From contig OZ249436.1 in NCBI GenBank assembly GCA_965235115.1, positions 50,718,001-50,782,000 of the forward strand: a DNA stretch of 64,000 nucleotides, given 5' to 3'. Positions 25,673 through 39,100 of this stretch are shown here, piece by piece. The stretch is from Laetmonice hystrix (taxonomy: Eukaryota). The notes beneath the pieces were generated by a model that did not search any database, was not told where the DNA came from, and saw nothing but the letters and a program-made list of their open reading frames with translations. The position numbers and the translations under genes were made by a program. Each line of letters begins with the position of its first letter. Positions within the stretch are counted from its first letter, which is position 1.

Positions 25673-26957
25673 GTTACCTTGGATGAAGACGACTTGGGTG
25701 GCCTGTATAACATGGCCCCGTCCGGCTGAAGGCTTGAGTTATTCACACTCCACTAACATTTTAACCTAGCTTTGTTCAGGCTAATTGCTTTCATTGGACT
25801 GGGGGTTTAATTGATGCTAGCTTCTTTTGTCCGTTGAAATATGTCACTGGTAATGGATAACAGGGTGAAGAAACTTACTTTGGCCTTCTATTAGAGCCAT
25901 TGGAAGTGGTGACTTAAAATTAAATTCCATTAGAACTCCATAGCCTAGTTGGTTCTGATAATTCTGTAGAGCCGACTCTAGCATGTAGAAAGACAGGCCT
26001 GTTATTCTCTACGACATAATCTCTGCCTGCCTGTATAATAACACCATCCGCGCTGAGTAACGTCATCGAGCGTTCTGCAGTTGTTATTATATTGAACATT
26101 GGTATTTAAGTCAATTCATTAAATTTAAAACTCCTAGAGGTAGTTAGTTACCTGTTACCACTGGCTGATGTAAATATTTACACTGACGTGGCCTCACCGC
26201 CTCACAATAAAACGGTGCGTGTAAAAGATTCTAAAATGGATAAAAAGTTGTCTATATCATTTTTCCTTAAGTGTTTATCGGTGTCTATATTTTCTTCGGT
26301 CAGGTATTCAATATTGTGCCAGATTAACCTTGAGGTTGTCTGATAATCTGCTCTGTACTGTACAGTATTCCGAACATGACGACTCACTGTCAATTCAAGC
26401 TGATAGTATTAAAGGGAATATATCAGAACAGATACGTACTTCCTCTTGTTATTTACTATACACATCTCTTTTAAATTACTTCATAAAAGATGACAAAATA
26501 TGAGCTCAGTGTAAAATATCTTGAAATGAGCTTTAATATGTAAGGTTTTTCCCACATAAACAAACACAGCTTAAAGTCGTTTTCTTTCTTTATTTCCACC
26601 TTTTGGAAGTGAGTCATGAATGAAATGTATCTCTGTTGGTACCTTTGTGCGGTGAACGACATGTATCCAGCGTGTATTATACAATGTAGTCTACAGCCAA
26701 TTTAATAAGGTACATCCAAACTTTATAATAATATATTTGTACAACAGGGAAGCAATCACAACAAGAAAGATATGTATAATAATTCCTCGTAGTCGATACA
26801 CACGTGTATTAATACAAATGTTTATACTGCTACACACTTCTCTTCATTTCCCAAATATTATGGCGCAACTTGGATCCTAATCTTTCTCTTCTAGATTCTT
26901 ATCTTTACTCTGATCAATACTGATATGCGGTGTAATTGAGGATTACCAAAATACAAG

Positions 26958-29140
26958 CACATGGTCCTACTGGTACTCTAACGTTTTCTGTCGGTGGACC
27001 ACGTGTCACATGGTCCTACTGGTACTCTCCAACGTTTTCTGTCGGTGGACCACGTGTCACATGGCCCTACTGGTACTCTCCAACGTTTTCTGTCGGTGGA
27101 CCACGTGTCACATGGCCCTACTGGTACTCTCCAACGTTTTCTGTCGGTGGACCACGTGTCACATGGTCCTACTGGTACTCTCCAACGTTTTCTGTCGGTG
27201 GACCACGTGCCACATGGCCCTACTGGTACTTGCCAACGTTTTCTGTCGGTGGACCACGTGTCACATGGTCCTATTGGTACTCTCCAACGTTTTCTGTCGG
27301 TGGACCACGTGTCACGTGGCCCTACTGGTACTCTCCAACGTTTTCTGTCGGTGGACCACGTGTCACGTGGCCCTACTGGTACTCGCCAACGTTTTCTGTC
27401 GGTGGACCACGTGTCACATGGCCCTACTGGTACTCTCCAACGTTTTCTGTCGGTGGACCACGTGCCACATGGTCCTACTGGTACTCTCCAACGTTTTCTG
27501 TCGGTGGACCACGTGCCACGTGGCCCTACTGGTACTGGCCAACGTTTTCTGTCGGTGGACCACGTGTCACGTGGTCCTACTGGTACTCTCCAACGTTTTC
27601 TGTCGGTGGACCACGTGTCACGTGGCCCTACTGGTACTCTCCAACGTTTTCTGTCGGTGGACCACGTGTCACGTGGCCCTACTGGTACTCTCCAACGTTT
27701 TCTGTCGGTGGACCACGTGTCACGTGGCCCTACTGGTACTCTCCAACGTTTTCTGTCGGTGGACCACGTGTCACGTGGCCCTACTGGTACTCTCCAACGT
27801 TTTCTGTCGGTGGACCACGTGTCACGTGGCCCTACTGGTACTCTCCAACGTTTTCTGTCGGTGGACCACGTGTCACGTGGTCCTACTGGTACTCTCCAAC
27901 GTTTTCGGTCGGTGGACCACGTGTCACGTGGTCCTACTGGTACTCTCCAACGTTTTCTGTCGGTGGACCACGTCTCACGTGGTCCTACTGGTACTCTCCA
28001 ACGTTTTCTGTCGGTGGACCACGTGTCACGTGGCCCTACTGGTACTCTCAAACGTTTTCTGTCGGTGGACCACGTGTCCCTACTGGTACTCTCAAACGTT
28101 TTCTGTCGGTGGACCACGTGTCACGTGGCCCTACTGGTACTCTCCAACGTTTTCTGTCGGTGGACCACGTGTCACGTGGCCCTACTGGTACTCTCCAACG
28201 TTTTCTGTCGGTGGACCACGTGTCACGTGGCCCTACTGGTACTCGCCAACGTTTTCTGTCGGTGGACCACGTGTCACGTGGCCCTACTGGTACTCTCCAA
28301 CGTTTTCTGTCGGTGGACCACGTGTCACGTGGTCCTACTGGTACTCTCCAACGTTTTCTGTCGGTGGACCACGTGTCACGTGGCCCTACTGGTACTCGCC
28401 AACGTTTTCTGTCGGTGGACCACGTGTCACGTGGCCCTACTGGTACTCTCCAACGTTTTCTGTCGGTGGACCACGTGTCACGTGGTCCTACTGGTACTCT
28501 CCAACGTTTTCTGTCGGTGGACCACGTGTCACGTGGCCCTACTGGTACTCGCCAACGTTTTCTGTCGGTGGACCACGTGTCACGTGGCCCTACTGGTACT
28601 CTCCAACGTTTTCTGTCGGTGGACCACGTGTCACGTGGCCCTACTGGTACTCTCCAACGTTTTCTGTCGGTGGACCACGTGTCACGTGGCCCTACTGGTA
28701 CTCTCCAACGTTTTCTGTCGGTGGACCACGTGTCACGTGGCCCTACTGGTACTCTCCAACGTTTTCTGTCGGTGGACCACGTGTCACATGGTCCTACTGG
28801 TACTCTCCAACGTTTTCTGTCGGTGGACCACGTGTCACATGGTCCTACTGGTACTCTCCAACGTTTTCTGTCGGTGGACCACGTGTCACATGGTCCTACT
28901 GGTACTCTCCAACGTTTTCTGTCGGTGGACCTGGTGTCACATGTCCCTACTGGTACTCTCCAACGTTTTCTGTCGGTGGACCACGTGTCACATGGTCCTA
29001 CTGGTACTCTCCAACGTTTTCTGTCGGTGGACCACGTGTCACATGGTCCTACTGGTACTCTCCAACGTTTTCTGTCGGTGGACCACGTGTCACATGACCC
29101 TACTGGTACTCTCCTACGTTTTCTGTCGGTGGACCACGTG
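26958..29140. repeat. Minisatellite, 51-bp unit, ~43 copies, E-box rich
   Basis: Unit caYRtggYcctactggtactctccaacgttttctgtcggtggaccacgtgt. It explains the spurious 17-aa-repeat ORFs. Confidence 0.97.
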
Positions 29141-30117
29141 TGCCATAACGGGAACAGCGTTTCTGAGTCAGGTGAGACAAACACACTCTTTTCATTTCAG
29201 TGGTGCCGTCCGTTCCATAGAGTCTAGCAGACATTTCCTTGACTTTTAACGTTCAAAGCTGGTTGTCTGCGTATTGGAAGGTAAAGTTTATGTACACAAC
29301 CCGACTTTGCAATCGGTCTATAGCATAACACAGTATAGACGTTGATGACTTCTATGGCCAATGGCCATCACTTTACCCGAGAAGTGTTCACAGCCAACGC
29401 TGTTTTGTGTTCCTTGACGTTCTCATCGGGTGGGATCTGTCTCCCGTTTTAGATTTATTATGTCCGAGCCAGGCTCCTGTCTGTAAAACATGGAGATCCA
29501 CTGCAGGCCTATATGACATCAGTGCTGACTTGTCACGGCATCCCAGTCTCCATTGACGTTATAGAGACAGAGTTCCCTCATGACTCATTTCTACTGGTGC
29601 CTTCACATGTATACGTTGTGGAATTAACCATTCCTTTTGTAAGTCATAATGTTATAATAAATACAATTCCATTGTGTCGTCTCCCAGACTGGATATAATC
29701 TAAATAAGGTCAACATCAGGGTGGCATTTGGGTTGCGAAAAATCAGTCGCAAGTTCTACTGTTGTGACCTCTAAATGTACTTGGTGAGTCTGAAGCCGAC
29801 GGTCTTTCGGAGCGTGAACGATCGTAAGTGCGATCGCTATGCGGTCGATGGCGTAACAGTGGAAGCATGTCAGTTGCCACTGAGTATGGCAGCCAATTGG
29901 GCCTTGCGTTCATAACAACCATGCCAACATATCGTTGGTCACATGACATCATTTTTCCAGGAGTTAAAATGGTCTTTTTCTAGGCCCTAATTAGGATACC
30001 TTCATAGAACATGCAACTCTTGTTTGGATGCTCAACTTACCAATCGTCGCTAAGTGCTATGACAGCGGACAGGGGGCCAACGGTTGAAGTTTACCGTTTT
30101 GGTGATCTATTGGGTTG

Positions 30118-33100
30118 TTATGTGTCGCTTTGCGTACCATTGGCGATCCAAGCTGCAAAGTTGCCGACCCGCGTGTAGATACCGAACTTACCCATGTCCC
30201 CACAGCCCTCCCCGAATGATGTGACACCATACACGTACCAGCGGGACACACCGTCCTTGACAATCTGACACATGAGTGGGCCGCCACTGTCCCCCGCACA
30301 AGTGTCAACACCACCCGTCTTGTAACCCGCACACATCTGGTTCTCCGTTATCTCATAATCAAACGCCTCTTGGCATTTCTTCCGATCTACAAGAGGCACT
30401 CGTGCCTCCCGTAACTTGTCCGTGCCCATAAGGTGCGTGTCTTTCGTCTTGCCCCAGCCTATAGCGTAACACAACTCATTCACCGGAAGTACGTCGTCCT
30501 TACCGGGCAGGCATGCGTACTTGATGTGTTCGCTTTGCCTGGCGGGAGTTTTAAGCCGTAGCACGGCGATGTCGCTATCGATGGTGTCCATATTGAAGGC
30601 GTCGTGCACGTGGTCGCCCACCACCCGGATCACCTCCTCATCCTCGTCACGTGACCCCAGGTCGTACTCTCCGATCCTCACGAACACGCGGCGTCTTCGG
30701 CCGCGCCTGCGCACACAGTGTGCCGCTGTCAACACGTGATAAGGTGAGATGAGCACGCCGCCGCAGTATTGCTCCCGAGACCGCGTCAGCACTGCCACCT
30801 GGTGACCAACAGAGAACCATTTCTTCATGTCGTGGTACGAGGTTTTTAGTTTAGTTTCATCCCTCAGATGATTTTTTAGCAGTCACAAATGTGCCGATCA
30901 TGCATGGTTTAAGACGGCTATAATTATACCCGTTTAATTGTGTGTTCCACGTTACCTGCCAAGGCCAGGCACCCCGCCGACTCTGGTGTCCCCCGACGAT
31001 ACGAGGCGTGGCCTCGAAGGCGGCCGACCGCTCGCCACAGTCGGCCGGGTCCCATGGCCCCATGGTCGGCGTCGGTCGAGGGGGTGTCGGTGACGGTCGC
31101 AACTTCTTCTTCTTCCTGCTAGGTTTATCTTCCTCGTGTTCTGGTAGAAAAGAAAACCAATCAATTTACCGTTGAATCCGTAGTACCGCTATAACTTATG
31201 GGACCACAGGTCTGTACGCTGGATTTTTCTATGGGTTCCCTAAATGGACCTTTCCAATTGACGGATAAAAGAAAACAGGAAAAAGGGGTCACACTAATTT
31301 TTATGTTGTATAATTTGTAAAAGTGGGCTCTGACAGAAAATGGGGTCGGATGAGTACGCTTTTTGTAGAACTCGGTGCGTTCCACTAAGCCCGAAAGACG
31401 TCTTTGAAATGGTCGCCGAGCCCAAAGAGGTCATTGCGTCGACGGGTGTTCCACTAACCACCTATTCTTTAACACTGGTCCCGCAAAGACGTCTTTCCAA
31501 AGACGTCTTTGAACCCCCTCCTCTCGACACTGCCATCCCGAATATATAACAACCCAGCTTCTTCAAGAAATCTAACTGCCTGCATATTTCGAGCCATATT
31601 ATAGAATGAATACGGTAAGTTAAGGTAATGTTACATACTATTGTCCTCCTTGCGATCAGAGGTCTCCGAGCTCCAGTTCTGGTTGAGAAGGTACCGTTTC
31701 TCACATTCCGTACCAGGAACATAGCAACGCCTCTCCTCCAATAACACCGTGTTCCGACAGAACCGCCGCAGTGCGCAGATACGCAACCGTCGCCGCTTGC
31801 AGGAGCGCATGCACGGCGACCATTCTGACCAATCATAATAAAGCAGATCATATACCACTTCCTCTATACCCTTGGCGTCTGGCGACCTGTAGCGTTGCTT
31901 ACTTAGCGGCCCAGTGCGTGATGAGTTATGGTGAGTCCTATGTCGGCGGATTTTGCATCGACTTTGGCGCGATGACGCTCGCCAACATGATCGCTTTTCA
32001 GTTAGGATCGTATCCCGGCAGGTGGCGTCTCGGCAACGATGGCGTCTCTGCGTGCAGGACCGCGAACACGGCGTCCACGCCGTCCATTGGTCAGGGCTGT
32101 CGGACGCATGCGCATTAACGTCTCCATGCGTCAATGACGTCAGACCGTAATCCTCCTCTCCTGATTCATGAGATGTATTCGATAGATCAAATATCTGGAA
32201 GGACAAAAAAGGGTTGTTTCACAATGAGAACAGGTTTAATATCACTGGACCGCCCACCTTACCGATTCTGGGAACACGCAATACTTTCCTCTTTAGGTAC
32301 AGACCGCACACTAAGGAAATCCTGAAAAAACGGCAGTGGCTCATCGACCGTTATCACTTGCCGGGACGATATGTTCTGATCTGTGATCGTCAACACTAAG
32401 ATAGGTGGCGCCCCCTCACCCCATGCCGACTCCTCACTCCCCATCAACGAGTTACGTATGGCAAATATGCCCTCCATTTTTACGGTCCCAAACTGCGGAC
32501 TCCGACTGCCCTGCCACATAGCGGCTGGTTTTGGTACCAGAGGAATGCGAGGGGCCACCTCGGGGGAGTGAACGCGGAACAGACCGCGGAGTGGCGGATG
32601 AGAGCATAAAATGCCGTACCTGTTGGGTGTATTGTCTATCTGGTATGTATCCGGCTGAGGTTTGATTGGCACTTGGAACAGTTTCGCTGCGCCGCTAACA
32701 GCATGATCTCAGAAAGAGATAGGGGCAACGCTCTAGCAATTTGTAGTCGTACTTCATCGGTGAAAACCGGCGTAAACAACCCCATGGCATGGATTTCATG
32801 GCGACCCCCCCCCCTAACTACCCCCATTGGAAGGGCGAATTCTCACGGTCGCCTAACATCTCACCCCCAAACGGAACTCTCCAGCCGCTCATTGTGGCTA
32901 CATAAGTCAGTGAACTCGGGTATATTAATAAAATCCCGCTGGATTATTGGAATATTTGTGCCTCTATAAATAGCCATAGCTTGCCGTGAGTCGACCAGCA
33001 GGAGGACTGTCAAACGGTCGACTGATACGGCGGCCACATTGGTTGGAAGATCGGGAGGATTCCCCACACATGCCATACTCCACCCGTCTGGTAGAGAGAC

Positions 33101-36100
33101 GCACCTTGTGCAAGGAATGAGTCCTTGCTGGGTGAACCGCGCCCCCTGCTGGCATAATGTGCACGCGCCGACCGCCTTCCAACAAGTGAATTCCGTGAAT
33201 TCCGCCAATTCCCTGGAAATGGCCCGTATTCCATCTCTCGTCTTGGGCGAGAATCGCAGCATGCACTGCACACAGCACACCCGTCCAAGTCCCTAATAAC
33301 ACTGCACACAGCACACCCGTCCAAGTCCCTAATAACACTGCACACAGCACACCCGTCCAAGTCCCTAATAACACTGCACACAGTACACCCGTCCAAGTCC
33401 CTAATAACACTGCACGCAGCACACCCGTCCAAGTCCCTTATAACACTGCACACAGTACACCCGTCCAAGTCCCTAATAACACTGCACACAGTACACCCGT
33501 CCAAGTCCCTAATAACACTGCACACAGCACACCCGTCCAAGTCCCTAATAACACTGCACACAGCACACCCGTCCAAGTCCCTAATAACACTGCACACCGC
33601 ACACCCGTCCAAGTCCCTAATAACACTGCACACAGCACACCCGCCCAAGTCCCTAATAACACTTCGAATCTCTGGTTTGCTGGATCTTGACCGAACGATC
33701 TTGACTGATCTTAGAACGAAGGGCCTCCAGAGAATTATATAATTATAAACAGCACCAATACCTTTTTGGTTCTCAAAGTGATTTGCGTTGAATTCGACGT
33801 TGAGCTCAATGTTAACATCAAAACAGTTAATGCTGCAGAGAAACCAGAAACCAAGACTACAAAACTTGTTGACTTGTTGACGAACGCGGCGTTTTCTGGC
33901 GATGAGTGCTGATGACAAATAAGCCTTCATCTAATGGCCATAACTAGACTTTTTCTGGTGACATTTTGTTGATCAGCATGTTTTCAGTACCTATTGTCGT
34001 GGACGGCATGTATGTGTGAATGCGTGCAGTCAATATAATACACCAGAATCACGATCGTTCTTTTACTTCCAGAAAAGGCATGGCGTTTACTGTACAGTGA
34101 AGAATTATCCCCTGGAAACCCTACCGAGAATTCCGGGAGCATTCCAGGTTATACGCGGATAATATATGTACAGACACCGATAGTGAAGAATGTTTGAAAC
34201 GCTGAAGATATTCACACTCAAACATTCACATCATCGCCCAGCCCCATACATCATCTCCTCCAACTAAAACAATCAAAACTTGACGTGATGATGCGCCATG
34301 CGATGCGATTTTTAAAAGTTCTTAATGAGTTTGAATGAGATTGTAACATGCACCTAGAGCTATACATGTTGCCAGAGTGTCAGGTGCATCGATCGCAATG
34401 AAAACAAGGAGGAGCTTTTTAATGAGAAGACTAAAAAATAAATTAAAATTTTAATCAGTTAACGATAGCCTAATTCCTTTTCATTTACGTTCAAAAACTT
34501 GCGAAGAGGATGAAAAATGAATTGCAATTTAAATTGTAACATTATATTAGCTTTGAATTTAACTTATTATATACAGAAGTTCTACCAATGTATTTGTAAA
34601 TTCCCACGTTTTGTCTTCAGAACGCAGTTAATTAAATGGCATATGGCAATAAGATGAGATGCAATATTTGGTACAAGAAGAGACAGATGGAGAAATAGTA
34701 TTTACAGTACCACAGTATGACAATAAGACGAGACGAACGCAATATTTGGTACAAGAAGAGACAGATAGAGAAATAGTATTTCCAGTACCACAGTATGACA
34801 ATAAGACGAGATGGACGCAATATTTGGTACAAGAAGAGACAGATGGAGAAATAGTATTCACAGTACCACAGTATGACAATAAGACGAGATGGACGCAATA
34901 TTTGGTACAAGAAGAGACAGATGGAGAAATAGTATTCACAGTACCACAGTATGACAATAAGACGAGATGGACGCAATATTTGGTACAAGAAGAGACAGAT
35001 GGAGAATGGGAGGAGGGATCGTGACGATGTAATCGTTGTCAGATTCCTGATTAGGAGGATACGGATTAAACACGACGAGAGCTGATCATGGCCCAGCGTG
35101 GCGGAGAACGGAACGTTCCTGGTATTACTGTGGCCGAAAAGTACAAACATTCTCGGCTGGGGGATTTCGATCCTCGGGTCACAAAAGTCGCTACTCCGGT
35201 CAGATGTTGCTACTCGGTTCGTCGAGATCGATCCTCGGCTCGCAGATTTCGGTACATTGGGACATTGGACTCAAGTACCGAAATCTGCGAGCCGAGGATC
35301 GAAATCGACGACCCGAGTAGGAACATTTGATCCAAGTAGCGAAATCTGTGACCCGAGTAGGACACATGTGACCCGAGGATCGAAATCTTCCAGCTGCGAA
35401 TGTTTGTACTTTTCGGCCACAGTATTACATGACTGAGACAGTGGGTTTGTATACATTGTACGTCACTGGTGCGTTCTCTTAAGTGAAGGAGATTTTAATT
35501 CATGCCAGAAAAGAGCATATCGATGCGCGATCTACTTCAAATACACGAGTTCTTCATCCAACTCTTTTTCTCAAAATCGGTGTACATTATATGCCCGAAC
35601 TCCTTAACTGAGAGCTGTTAAGGGTGGCCACGTCTAACGTAGGCCTATAGTTCTCCCTTTAAAAGTTAGGCCTATCGTGAGCCCTTCCCTCAGTAGGCTA
35701 AACGTTAGAATACTGACTCCAGGCTCACGTTTTTACGGTTTTCAAATCTAGAACGAGCGATGACCGTGCTGAAATTGTCCAGGAAACTCCCCTCACTGTA
35801 CATAAGCTACCACTGTGAGAGATCAATGGAGAACACCGGAAACGTATACAAATGTGAAACAACTGCATTGTCCGGCTGTGGGACGACAAGGACAAGTGTC
35901 CCACAGTCTGCCGGCCCAGGTGGTTGGGGAGCCCGGCTGAGGTCGGGGCTGGGGCCGGGGCCGGGGTTGGCCCACCTGACCCGGGCTGAGTCTGGATAGC
36001 GTGGCAGACAACTGCAAGTTTCCTTTCCTTTTCTTTACCTTTCTTTAGTTATTTCACAGGTCATAGGGTCACATAACAAGTGGCCGGGTAGGGGCAGTCA

Positions 36101-39100
36101 TATGCAGAGGAGGAATGGTTCGATAATAATATGGGATGAAAGACTTACGAAAAAATAGAAGTCACATCGCGAGATCGGCTGCTTAAGCTATCAGCCTTCG
36201 AGGCCCCCGTGTTTAGTGTTAAATGACAACCAATCCTAGATCTGCTTGTTTAAGGATTTAGAGTTCTTGAACACTTCCGCAGCGTTCGTGACGTTGAACG
36301 CGTGCATGCCACAGAAAACAACAGTGGTCCATTCACCTTACTCCCACCTCTCACACAAGATGGCGCTGTGGAAGACTTAGGGATTTCCGTCGCATGGAGA
36401 CCAATTTACACATTCTTTTGTCATGCCTTGCCCCCTCTCTAGATATACACATATATCAATGGACAAGTCTATCCCTGTCACTCGATGACTGGAATCTTCT
36501 CCTAAAAATTACAGAGAACCTGGCCGAATTCCCTCGCTGCCGTATAGTCTAGGCGATGGGATTCTACGTCTTGTGAGGTTCCGTTTCACGCGCCATCGCG
36601 TGACGAAAGGGTACTTCTACACACACCTACATGCACACAATCCAAGGGTGACTTATGTTTCATAATCCCATAAAAGAACGTGAAAACTTGCGCAGAGAAG
36701 CCCTTACACGTGTCTCCTCCTACTTCCGCACGTTAATTTCCCGTCTTTTCTTCTCCTGCCCCCTTCCTTTCTTCTCGTCCGAGACTCTTTCCTTTCAATG
36801 ACAATGGCCCTGTGTTCTCGGCTTTTGTCATATTGAATAACCGGCGAGACCAAGGTCATGTGTGAACTGAATAACGCCTGCATCTACCACAATTGGGGGT
36901 GGGTGGGACTGCGCAGACAGCTGACTCTTTTTACGAAAGTCTAAAGAAGTATGGGGACTAACGAAAACATATAGGAACCGGGAGTTACTATCGAAACCTA
37001 AAAGGTATACCAGTTCTACCTAAATGATAGACCCTATACGTTATTATTATTATTATATAGATATTACTAACACATGGATTAGCATTGTTACAATATACAT
37101 TCAATACTCTCAAAATATCCACGGAAAATATCCCTAATAGGCTATGAGACAAGATGCATGTTGAGGACTGTGTGCTGTCGTTACGGACTCGGTATAGGCC
37201 GATGGCTGAATGTGATTATCACAAAAGTTAACAAATATTACCCAAACTTACCAAAAGATGGATGTTACCTTTTATTATTAAAACTAACAAGGCTTAATAT
37301 TCATACAGAATTCATATAGAATTTACCACATCTTGAAAGAAAAGGAGGAGAAAGTATAGAATGAGAAAAGAACAAATTAATCCTGAAGAAGGGGTGGAAA
37401 GATGTGAAAGGGTAAGGAACGAAGAAACGTGCGAGGTCAAGTAGAGCGACGTGAAGGTTAGGGTGTATCAAGATGGGTAACGACATAATTATAACATCAA
37501 TATTTATTATAACCTAAAACAAATGCCAGTGAGATGAGGGTCAATGTTTAAATATACGGTATAATAAATGTGAAGGTAACAAGCCGACGAAATGATTATG
37601 GTCGATCAGTAACGAGCCCCATGCTACATTCATGACCCCAGCCTGACGTTATACATTAACCCCGCCACTAGGTCTACAATGTCTTTATTGGTTCCGCTAA
37701 AAGAAACCGTTGCCCCGATCGGCATGGCGACTGAGGCCGATTACCGGACGGTTGCTGGGGCTCGCACGGCAGATTCGCTCAAGCTGGCGGGGATTGATTG
37801 AATGCAGCACGGCCAGTAGTCGACGCCTGAATTCCTCTCATTCGGAGAAGCAGATAGCGTTGAGGGAGCTGGCGGGCGCATGGTTGGCATGCCGAGAGTC
37901 GGAATGTTTTCTTTTCTAATAGCCAAACGGTTGCGTGTGAGCACGGACACGGGTTCACCCTCAGTGGAGTCGCGAAGGGCCATATTTGAACGGCTTTCAA
38001 TGGCTCACTGCTCGCTGCAGGTGTGTGTGAGGCGAGAGGACAGGATGGGGGGGGGGGTAGTCAGTGGAGGATGTTGGGGGTCGGGGGTGGGGGGAGGGGG
38101 TGGCCGGGGGTCAAGATAAAGGATCCCACCGCAAGCCGGACTAGGATGACATTGTGGGTCATTTACACAGCCACTTATCGACCTGTATGTCAACGTATAC
38201 CTCTCATAGTCCGGATGTCTATAGTAAATGGGTGTTTGTACTCGTGGCCAGGTTTAAAGTACACCTGGCCTTAATCGACAGCATAAATCCTATCACTTAC
38301 AAATGGCGCTGGTTAACAGTAACTGACATTATGTCCTTCATTAGGGCCACAGAATGGTCATTAATTATTCCTACAACAAGCAAATAATTACTATAACCTG
38401 ACGTCGACAGGTGCTGTGTTGGATACTGTTCAGTAGGCCTACTATATCAGAATCCGTAAATTTAACCAGAATTCTCTTAAATGGATTTTATACAGGAATT
38501 TCGTTCTACTCCATGTGTGCCTCCCTCGGGATCCAGTTCAACATGTTCTAATTTCCAACACGTGTTACTGGTATCGCGTAGAATGCGTGCGCATGTCTCT
38601 CCGGTGTCAAAACAAATTAGTGCCCGTTGTGTTTAGACGTACGAGCAGAAGTCAGGACGGAGGCCATCGGAGAGGAGTTGTGGCGGATCCATTGGTAGTC
38701 GGAGAGGGCGGTGTACATGATGGCACGTCTCAGTCGACATACGTCAACCGTGTGGAAACCTAATCTCAGCCGGGTCGGACGTGCTCGGCGACACTCGACG
38801 GTCGTCACATGACTGTGGTGGTTGTGGTGGCAAGTCCGATCCCAACACATGGATGCATGGGTATAGCACGGCAAGGGTCATTAGTACTACAACCGCAGGG
38901 CCGGATTTTTCAGACCAGCCAATCAAAGATTTTATTGGAGCCTCTAAAAACCTATGCCCCAATCACACAGCAGCCCATATAGTCCTATATTGATACCGAT
39001 GCCGACTTCTTTTACAACACATTATTTTCAATTTGACCATTCACACATAAACCGATACCGATACCGATGTCGGTGGCCGACATCGATATCGGTGAGGTGA

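Noticed and set aside
26936..29249. Three overlapping ~700-aa ORFs
   Set aside because: All three forward frames are open because the 51-bp unit lacks stops. Satellite artefact.
32263..32321. Small candidate exon with good AG and GTAAG sites just upstream of the TSP1 exon
   Set aside because: It cannot be joined in frame to both the 42223 donor (phase 0) and the 32194 acceptor (phase 0) without a stop or frameshift.
33105..33663. Signal-peptide-like exon of the protease (VLLGTWTGVLCA repeats...HK|GTGCGT, phase 0)
   Set aside because: There is no in-frame ATG upstream of the hydrophobic repeats, one repeat copy has a TAA (~33438), and the acceptors are weak. The 42420-42223 exon is a better first exon. 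An alternative exon cannot be fully excluded.
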